Part shown: positions 53,406-64,000 of the stretch, one piece after another
Layout of the letters: every line of letters starts with the position of its first letter
Numbering within the stretch: position 1 is the stretch's first letter
Assembly (NCBI GenBank): GCA_012295275.1
Contig: CM022673.1
Span: 16,864,001-16,928,000 of the forward strand
DNA length: 64,000 nt
Source: Chrysomallon squamiferum
Lineage: Eukaryota; Animalia; Mollusca
Reading direction: 5' to 3'
Translations under genes and position numbers: made by a program
The notes under the pieces: generated by a model
Databases searched by the model: none
Told to the model about the DNA's origin: nothing
The model's input: only the letters and a program-made list of their open reading frames with translations

Positions 53406-55599
53406 AAAGAGAAACAACCAGCCACGCTTGCTAGCTGAGGGTGAGAAATCTTACCAGAATCTTAATGTTGCCAGTCTCAGGTGTCTGATGGTGAACATGA
53501 TACAATCCACATAAATAAAACTGGTGTATGATTACAGCGAATTAATTAGCTTTTTATCAGTTCACAATCCAAAAACTCCAGGGTCAGCTGTTGTTTTTAC
53601 TGTATTTTACACCAGTGCCACACTGGTCATCTGTCAAGAGTGACTCTTACAGCACCCTATGCCAAAACCCACTTATCACTAATGTTCTTTCCTTTTTTTC
53701 TTTTTCTTTTCTTAAATAATACTATATATTTAAAACTGATAGGCTTTATTTTATTAAGCTTTGGATCAATTTATAAAACCGTGTGTCAGAATCACCAACT
53801 GCCTGCCTGTACACTATCATTCTTATAAATATCACTGAGAAACAGTTATGTATTCTGTAAGATTACACAACACAACTGCTAGTTTTTATCTGTGAAGTGT
53901 GTTTGCCAAGGAATACTTTTTATTGCCTCATTGTTCCTTGCTTATCTGAAGTGTATTCTAATTGTTCTTTGTTAATCTAAAGTGCACACTCATTTTTCAC
54001 AGGCTTACTGAGTCAATGTTCTCAAACACCAGCTTGTTACAGAAATTGAATAATCAGAAGGAGATGAACAACAGTATCAACAGTATAAGGTGCAAAGGTT
54101 GCTGTTATTTTACAGTGAAAGAAAAATGTTGATAAAAAAATACATTAAATATTATGCAGCCTTAATATGGATATTTACACATGTATAAGCATACATGCAT
54201 TCATAACACACATACAAATGAACAGATGTGTTGAGACACACACAATAAGCTGTTCTGTTCTAATCAATACACTGAAGGGCAAACTAATTCTACAAAAATC
54301 TGTTCAGTGGATATATTTGCAAATAAAAACCACTCTTAATACAAGTGTTGAAGTGATGCATTTTTTTTTTTTCAAGCAGGATAGAAACAACACAATATTT
54401 ACATATTTGTTGATGAAAATTTAATATTCACATACCACAGTCATCATATACATTATGTTTTGTTGTCATGATACTTTGACAACTTTTCTTACTTCAGTTT
54501 TCTGTGAATATAGGCAGACAGTTATAAATTTATATAACAAGCTAGTGTTTATTAATTGAAATATTACATTTTATTAACCTTTTTTTAATTATGTGGAGGT
54601 TTTTTGGACAAAAGTTAATTTAAATAAAAGAGTAACCTCTGTGGAAGCAGGATTTTCCACAAATAAATAAGTAATATCAAAATTAATTTCTAATGTTCTA
54701 ACATGAAATTAAACAAAACATAGTACTTAGCTAATCGTTTTCAATTTTTCACTTAAAAGAGTAACATGTGTGGGACATAACAGTTTTATTTTTTAACACA
54801 CAATACAAAATAACAAAATAAAATACACACTACTAGAGTGAACTCATACTAACATGTGATTAAAATAAGCATTAAACTTTGCTGACCTTTTTAACATCTA
54901 CACATAAAAAGAGTAGCCTCTGTGGAGACAACCTTTTCACTCTTACACATAATTGAAAAACATGAATGCTGTACACATTATCAAAAATATATGTATAACC
55001 ATCAGAGTGGTGATATGTGATTAAGCTAAATATTGTTAATCTTCTTTTAAGCTTGGTTCTTTACAATTGCCAAAAGCAATGTGACATACCGATAAGACGG
55101 CCAAACCTGATAACGTAAATTACTTACTAACAACACTTTGAAGTTTCAGTCAGTTAGACCCTCAGTTCAAGTGTTATCAGTCCTTTCAGTAAGATTTGAT
55201 GCTGTGACCTTGAGCTGAGGTCAACAAATCACATCGGGTCACTTAACAAAGTTACACAGTTCAGGGTAAAGTTAGCGTAGTTGTGTTTCAGTTACAACAA
55301 TAGCTGCAGTGTCAAAATATTTATATGCAAAGTTACACTCATGCACACAAAAATAGTTATTTATTCAGAGTTATCAGGATATACATATAATACTTATTTA
55401 TAGTTAACAGGATATATTTACTTAGTTACCAGGATAGTTATAACCAGAGTTTCACAGTCACCAGTATGTCAGTATAGTTACATACTTACATAGATACTGT
55501 ACAGTTACCAGTATAACACAATTAGATAAATACAAAGATAACTGTTTAGTTCCAGTATAGTTGTATAGTTATTAGAACAGTTACAGAAACAGTTATATT

Positions 55600-55835
55600 G
55601 ATACCAGTATAGTTACAGAGATAGTTATATAAATACCAGTATAGTTACAGAGATAGTTATATAAATACCAGTATAGTTACAGAGATAGTTATATAAATAC
55701 AAGTATAGTTACAGAGATGCACAAATGCTTGCAGAGATAGTTATATAAATACCAGTATAGTTACAGAGATAGTTATATAAATACCAGTATAGTTACACAG
55801 ATGCACAAATGCTTGCAGAGATAGTTATACAGATG
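55600..55835. repeat. 32-bp minisatellite with a degenerate agttac-rich flank (from ~55330)
   Basis: Unit ataccagtatagttacagagatagttatataa at 55601, 55633, 55665 and onward; two copies carry a gatgcacaaatgcttgcaga insertion. Confidence 0.9.
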
Positions 55836-58496
55836 CACGTATAATTGTATAGTTACCGGTATATAATGCAGTTATGGACAAAATCCATCAACGGCTGGCT
55901 GAGTCAGAGATAAGCAAGGATGTAATGAAATATTCCAAATATTTGAGACTTTTGTAAATATTCAACAAACATTTTTATGGTCCATAACACAGTGCCTGAC
56001 CTCTCAAGGTTAACATGTTTTCATTCCTGGTTTGTAAATAATACAGATTAAAATAATAACAAAATGATAAAACATCTGCAATCTTGTAAATAGAAAGGAA
56101 AAAACAATAAATAAAAATAAATAAAAATAACAAATAAAAATTTAAATACCTCAAAGCAAATAAAACCCCTCCAAGATCAATAATAATAAAACATGTACAT
56201 ATCATTAAAAAAATTAATGTGCATTTGGTTTCCATGGAGAGATCTAATTTTCTACCTTAGTGAACAGAAAACTGCGTCTTTAATGTGTACCACTGGACCA
56301 AGTTGAAGTCTTTTCATGCCTGCAAGGTTACTCGGAGAAATTAGGTTATGAAAGTGATACAAAGTTTTATATCTCCCCTCCCAAACAGAAAAAAGATCCA
56401 AGCATGGAATGATTGGCAAACATGATAACAAGATTTGTCAAGAATTTGGAAAAGATTTTCTTGTTTGTTTTTTAAAAAAGAAAAATACTCAGTGAATCAT
56501 AGGTTAATAGTTGTCTGTTGCAGTTTACACAGGATAAATGAATAAAAAAGCAAGATTCCAGTTTGATCCATAATGCTGAAGTCTTAAGACATGTTCTAAT
56601 GTTGCATAAAATTGTATTTAATAACAACAACAACAACGACAAAAAAAACCTAATTTGCAGCTATGTACGATGATAGAAAATACATGTAAACTGTTAAACT
56701 GGTTTGCTTAATCCTGCAGCTGTTTCAAGATTTCTCTAAATATTATTTTAATTCAAAATAGAAAACTTTTTAAAATTATTATTTGTTTTAAACAATGAAT
56801 AAACAAAATCAAATTTTAAAATCTGATAAAAAAAATTATAAAATAATAATAATAATAATAATAATATAACCATCTGGATCTCTCTCTTTAAAAATGTTGC
56901 TATGTACATAAGATAAAAAAAAAAATAAAAAATACCACACAACATGTCCCTTTTCCCTATCCTCCCTCCATACCCTAGAATTGCATTACAGATTAAGAAG
57001 AAAAAAAACAAAACACAACATAAGTCACTGCTCCCCCCCTGCAACCCATGCCCTCTACCCTTAAAAATTTGACCTTACAGATTAAGGGCATGAACAGAGA
57101 AAATGATATGTAAATGTAAAAGATAAGTGTCCAGAGAGTTTGTGTGGTGTGGAAACACACCATATCTGTCACAGTGGTGAAGTTTATCACCCACTGATAT
57201 CATCTATCAGAGGCAATAACCCAGGTGGGTTTCAAATTCCTCTCTCAATTCAGGTCAGATAACAGTAGGGCCTGAAAAAGGTAACTTTGTACATTTGGAC
57301 CAAAACTGTGACAGAAACAAAAGAGAGAGAGGAAAAAAATAAAAAATAAAGTAGAAAAGAAAGAGATTGTGAATGGACATGAACAAAAGAATAAGCTTAA
57401 AGGATGTTTGAAAATAAAATTAGAAGTAAAAATTGAACTGAAATAAAGTTAATGCTTAAAGTAATGTTTCTTCATCTTTTCCAAACTTCACAAAAACCTC
57501 TTAGCTATTAAACATCAACAAAAACAACAGTTAACAGTTGTAATATTAACAATAATAATACAGTAATAATGAAAGATTAGATGTGTTGAATACAACTCGT
57601 ATTACTCTTTATTTGCAGTTGTCAGTGATAATATATCTCAATTATTGAATACTTTATGGGAGATGGTGCTTTTCTGCGCTGATATCTGGATCTAACAAAA
57701 AAACAAGATTTATTTCCTTCATTAGCAACATGAAAAATGTAATTGTCACTGGAAATTACACTGTTTCAGATTCCAGACATTTCCCTTGATCCAGCAGACA
57801 CATTACTATTTATTTTTAAGTCAGTAATAGGGACAAGTATTTCTATTTTCTGTATTCCACATCTGTATTGACCTTGGTGGTGTGGTATAAAATCACATTA
57901 CTGTCAACCAAACATTCACCTAATATAAAACAAAAATACAATCAGTGTGAGAGCTAATGGGAATTGTCCAAACTACCATTCTGTCTTGTCCCCCTTGGAC
58001 ACATGCACCCCTTAGAGACTTCCACAAACAAAATTCTGTTCTCAAATGATTTCAAAGCATGTAATTGACTTTGAGCTTACTAAATAATTTTGAGCTTGTA
58101 CCTGACTTTGAGTCTACCAAAGAATTTTGAGCTCTTGTAATTTACTTTGTGTCTTTAATGATCATTTAGTGTACAATTTCCTTATCCTGCAATTGCCAAT
58201 ATCGATTGCCATTGAGATGGGGTCTCTAGTGAATAGGTGGAAATCCTTTAACAGACTGAAGCAATGATTCCCTAATTAAGATAATATTCTTAGCTGTTGA
58301 GACATCTAATCTGGCAGAGATAGGTGAAGAGATAGAACACTTGTCAATTAGCCTCTTTTATAACAGGTCAAAATGCTCACAATCATTTCTGTACAATCAG
58401 ATCATAATTGTAATAGGACTGGGAAAAAAAAAAAATGATGCTATTCTTGATTTGAAGACAGACATAGAAACCATTCAGAGAAAACTGTTACATGAA

Positions 58497-58528
<32 letters not shown>

Positions 58529-59867
58529 ATAATATATACATTGTACATGCATATAACAGTTTTTCTTGCAAGTGGTTTTTATGTGTTAAGTGAATCTTAT
58601 CAAAAAGATAAAAAGAAGAACGAAGGAAGCTTATGAAAAATGAATTATACATCTACTAATTGATTTTGTATAATCTCAGTTTCAGAATATGAAAGAAGAA
58701 GAGAGATGTGTATTGATTTGTTTCATGTGTACTGATTGTCATCAGATTTCAGGTAACTGAGTACAATAAATATAAAAGAAAAAGAGATATTCTGTACTCA
58801 CCTGAACTAACTAAAAACTAATTGAAAGTAAAACAGTATCCATTTAAAAACTAAAAAACAACAAAGTCTATCCATCTAAACTGAAAGTAAAACAGTATCC
58901 ACTTGGACTAACTTCAAAAAAGGGATCTGCTCATCATAACTGAAAAAGAAAACTGTACCCATCTGAAATAACTAATAATAATTAAACCTATCCCCATCAA
59001 AGGTAACTGTAAGATACAATTGCCAATTCAGCCAGAATGACAAGAGATAGAAAGTAGCAAGTTTATCAAAGACCATGGTATGTGTTTTCCTGTCTGAACA
59101 GAATGATACCCATTTTCCTTTAGATTCTTATTATTCTGTAATTTATAGGACTCGATCTTTTATGTCTTTCAAAGTTCTAAATTATGTTTTCTTTCAAATA
59201 GACATTAAAAAAATAATTATTCTAATTCAACAGTCAGCTGTTATCTCTAAAACAAATAGCCAGTTGAGTGAAAAAAAGCCCTGGCCACCTGTGCTAGATC
59301 GGGCTCGTGAAAGAAAGCCATACTTCTTTAATGACACATTATGCTTATTGCCATACTCTGCTGACAGCAGCACATCTCTGACATTCCTGCAGCTTCTTGC
59401 TCCCTCACAGAAACAAAGTCTGAGTCAATTACTGGAGATTTCCTCATCAAAGCCAGTCAGTCTCAGACCCAGTGCAGGAAACAGCACAAGGAAATGGCAG
59501 CACTGTGTCAATTAGGTGACCTCAGGAACAAAACAACAACCAGTCTCTAATCTTTTATAGTCCCTGTTTTCTATAACATCTTAACAAAATAATAATTACA
59601 CTGTATTTTGGTAAATGGAAATGGATTTAAACAAACAAAAACAAAATATATAGGTGAATAAATACAAAAATAAATGAAAAAATAAATAAACAAATAAAAA
59701 AAGGTAATGATAATTTCCCCTGTTATATTTTATACATATATCTATACCAATCTATCTCTCTAATCATGAAACATTTCTCATCTGAATGTGTGGATGTGTT
59801 TCTCTCTGTCTCTTTTCCTGTCTGTCTGTATGTCTGTATGTGTGTATATTTGTAAGTATGTGTGTAC

Positions 59868-60149
59868 ATATATAATAAGTTCAGTTTTTAAAAGGTGAAA
59901 TAGCTCCTTGAATTTCTGATCGATACACAGACAGAGATCAACAGACAGATAGATACACATACAAACACACTGACATACATGGTGACATACACACTGCCAT
60001 ATATACATACAAACAAATATGGCTGTGTATGTCAGTGTATATGTCAGTGTGTTTGTATGTGTATCTATCTGTCTGTTGATATCTGTCTGTGTATACATCA
60101 GAAATTCAAGGAGCTATTTCACCTTTTAAAAACTGAACTGATTATATAT
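59868..60149. repeat. Long inverted repeat / foldback (arms ~59868-60002 and ~60017-60149, 14-nt loop)
   Basis: Left arm atatataataagttcagtttttaaaaggtgaaatagctccttgaatttctgat... is the reverse complement of right arm ...atcagaaattcaaggagctatttcaccttttaaaaactgaactgattatatat. About 4 mismatches over the outer ~110 bp; inner ~25 bp more degenerate. Confidence 0.95.
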
Positions 60150-60944
60150 AGAGAGCTTGTAAAATGTAGTTGACTGGCCAATGAAAATACTGCACTCAGT
60201 CTAACTCATCAAAGAGCATTTTTTCTAGTTGTGCACATTTATAATCACACCTTTCTTATGTCCTTGAAATTAAATAATTCTTCTGAACAGACTGTCACAT
60301 ATTGAACTCTGGGTGGGAATTCAAATCATCTGCTACAACGCACATCTAGTCTACTCATGAATCATTTTTCACATTGAATAACATTGAATTTAATAACACT
60401 GATGGTACACAGTATATCCCGTATTCAACATGGTAGCATTATATAAGCAAGTGCTATGTAAAATATGTTGCAAATGTGTTGGCAAAAGATTATTTTCTTT
60501 TATTAAAATAAAATAAAAAAAATTTCAAACTGCTAACAAATTGTATTTATATATAAACATCTTCTGTAATGGTTGTTTTATTGTTGTTTTGTTATTTTAT
60601 TTTTTGTTGTTGATGTTTTTAAATAATTTGGAGTAGGATTTCACATTGAACTCAGTGCAAACAAATAAAAATGTTAAGAAGTGATACTGGAAATATGTCT
60701 AAGGTTTTAAAAATATTTTCACCTCAAGTTATTATTATTATTATTTTTTTATATATATTCTATAACAACCACCTGACTAATGCATAATGCAGAATACTGT
60801 GCATAAAATAAATAATTTAGTATCATAAATAAATAATAAAATAAAATAAAAGCAATAATAGTAACATAAATACATTAAAAAAATGACTGTCTTTTAACTG
60901 AAGTAATAAATGAATAAATAAAACTACCCATTACAAAAAATTCA

Positions 60945-60977
<33 letters not shown>

Positions 60978-63900
60978 AGAGAAAAAAAACAAAACAAATA
61001 TGAAAAATGTTTTAAATGACATCAACAGTATCTGAAGTGAAGTGACATCCACTCTACCACATAGAACTGAATTCATCTGATGTACTGTACATCATAAAAT
61101 GCCACCATTGTTTTTAGAAATCTTACATTAAAAACCTTGTCAGAACTGAAGCACTAAAACAGTGACAAGAGCTTTTCATCATAAATGTCACAGTGAAGTG
61201 AAAAAAGAGACTAAACCTTGACAATCAGAGTTTTTAGAGACAGTAAAGAGCTGATTCTATAAGCAGGTGTTTAAAAAAACAATAGCAACTTACTGTAAGG
61301 CCAAATCAGTTGTGGGAGATCTAACACTAAAATAGCAGCCCAGCTGTTGATCACTCAGACAGGATGATACCAAGTGGCCACAGAGTTAACAATGATTAAC
61401 TGTAACAATGCACCAATACCGACCTCTTTCTTTATCAACACAGAAATGATGATGATAATGATGATGATGATGACATAATACAAATGTTATGCTTTATTTT
61501 TCAAAAGTATAATCTCTGTAAAGCCTGTACTATCAAATCACAATAAACTCTAAAATGTAATATCAATAATATACTCTTGTTCTCTTTCTGAGAGCTATAA
61601 ATGTGGCACTAATACCTACTTGCTCTGTTTTTCATAAGCTGCTGGGTATTAATGATGATCGATGAACGGTGAACCATTAAATTTATTCTCTAATTTTCAA
61701 CCAGCACCATAACAATGACCAGTCTTACAATTTACAAAAAAGACTCTGATCAGTATAATATTACAATATTAAATCATGTTTTGTTTTACAATGAGCAAAA
61801 AGGTAATAATATTGACAATAACAGACTTACAAACCCAAGTTCTGTTTTTCATCAGGCACATTAATACAATAATAACCCATTACCAATAAAATCATGCTCC
61901 AGTTATTAATGGGTGTCTAAGAGGATTTGACCCCACAGGGATTGAACAATGAGGCTTTGCATTAGAAAATCAACACTGTCTATTTGTGTGACCTGTAATA
62001 GAGACAACATCATTGCTGTGTTTAGTGTAACATGCAGTAATGATGACATACCAGTCTCAGTAGTGAGAAGTGAATTGGTTTTTTCTGACTCACTACATAA
62101 AACAAGCACAGAGACAGAGAGAGAGAGAGAGAAGGGAACTGAACAGTGGAGATGAAGAATAGTGTACAGTGAGTATTAATGAGGAAGTAAGGTTGTTTGT
62201 GCTAAGAACAAATCACAGAACAGTCTGAAGATATGTTTTAACTTACAGCGAAATACTATGCACAAAACTGAATCTAAATGGGTAGTTTTTTATTTATAAT
62301 ATTACACACAAACCAGTGCCAAATTTATATTTTTAACATTCATTGAGACAATTTGTTAAAACCACTGCAAAATGGGTTACACTGTTTGATGCTGTATAAG
62401 AAGAACCTGGGTAAAATGGGTAACTGATATATTCTAACTCATAGTGAGGTGGTGTTTATACAAAAAGCATTGCAAAGTGGGAAAAAAATACAATCTTTAA
62501 TTTATAACACGGCATTGTGAAAAAAGCATTGCAAAATATAGATATGAATTAATTTATATAACAAGGAAGTGTGCAAAAACCTTTGAAAAACATGTAAGAA
62601 ACATAAGTTATAATTTATGAAAAAGCCAATGCAATGTAGGTTAAAGATATGTTTTAATTTATAATAAGGCAATGTGGGAGAAACAAATGCAAAGTGTATA
62701 AGAGATATATGAGATAACTTATAATGAGGCAGTATGTAGAAAAAGCAATGAGAAGCAGATATGTTTAATCTCATAAATATTAGCTGCAATGAAGGGTTCT
62801 GGATAGCGTTACTGCAGACCGAGGAACACATCTCTTCAATGTATGATCATCAAAAAGATTAGCTCTTATCTTGTTCCTCCTGCCTATCTCTGCTCTGCTA
62901 TCATATCAGACTTTGTGATTTCTTCTCCTTGAATTTACACAGACAGAAATTGGCTGTATGCAGTGGGAGGGGGGACTATAAAGTATAAGGTAATATATAT
63001 CATCTGTCATCACTTGTAGCCAAAAGGGAAAAAAAAATTTAAATATTTGTTAGGTCTTTTTTTTTTTTTTAATATAGAAGATAAAGACAAAATATTTGAG
63101 TTGCATTTACAATTTATAAAAAAAAAAAATAATAAAAAATAAAAATGAAAGGTCACTGGCTTTAATTAGTCTGATATTATTTGTCAGGATTCAAAGTTTT
63201 ATTTTTATTTTATTGTTTAACAGAAAGAAAGAATTCGGCATCAGTGAATGAATGAACATATATTTTTATGAAATTACCTGATTAATGGTCAGATAGATGG
63301 AAGGATGAACAAATAAGAAATGAATGTAGACAGATATACAGATGAAAGACAGATTTACAAAGAATGGAAGGATGGATAATAAAATGGATGTGTATATAAA
63401 AGGTCTGATGAGTGAATGGATGAACGAAATGAAAGATGGACAGACAATAATAAAATAATACAGGTTTTTCCTACCAAAAGAAGTATTATGAAAAAGAATG
63501 AAACATTCTTTTAAAAAATCTAAAATTGTAATAAAAGAAATTAAAAATTAAAAAAAAAAGCACAAAATCCTCCACAACTAACTGCTGCTTATGAAAACGC
63601 ATCTCCAGATTTGGAGTTCAAGATTTTAATAATACATTACTCTCTTAATACTATAATCACCAGATATTACTGATATGCTACAGGATTTAAATGATCAGGG
63701 CTATTTAACAATATATATGTGATATGCAACCTGCACTGGTTCATAAAACAGATAAACAACCACTAAAGATTACTTGCGTTTCAAACACCTGCAAATTAAT
63801 ATACATATATCACAGATAACAAAAGATAATTCAGATATCATTAATCTGCAAATTAATTTTTAGCTTCAAATTAATCTTTCTACAGATATTGTCATCCTGT

Positions 63901-64000
63901 GATAATTGATGTTAAGCTTATTAAAATAATAATAACAACAGCTATGATATTCATCAGTATTATACACATATAACATACTAGCTGCATACGTGCAGCAGTA

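Noticed and set aside
59778-60173. Two opposite-strand ORFs sharing QKFKELFHLLKTELIIY
   Set aside because: By-product of the inverted repeat; low-complexity CA/GT-derived residues and no recognisable domain.

Overview
AT-rich, CpG-poor, microsatellite-rich animal genomic DNA (invertebrate; the repeat style suggests a mollusc, which is inference only). The window is almost entirely intronic sequence of one large minus-strand gene. That gene encodes an RBMS1/2/3 (MSSP) / Drosophila alan shepard (shep) / C. elegans SUP-26 family RNA-binding protein. Three coding exons (25544-25704, 17248-17306, 10227-10318) have canonical CAG acceptors and GTGAGT donors and splice in frame into the N-terminal Ser-rich linker plus the complete RRM1. 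The RRM2 exon was not found and probably lies left of base 1. A GC/CpG-richer island at ~37234-37640 is a frame-compatible candidate 5' or cassette exon carrying two in-frame TGA stops. Other notable intronic structures: a ~280-bp near-perfect inverted repeat (59868-60149), a 46-bp YCAY-rich minisatellite, a CA-rich minisatellite abutting a splice donor, old tRNA-derived SINE-like remnants in both orientations, candidate recursive splice sites and clustered TF-like motifs. I found no prokaryotic systems, CRISPR arrays, rRNA or intact tRNA genes. Nearly all other ORFs in the track are low-complexity noise.
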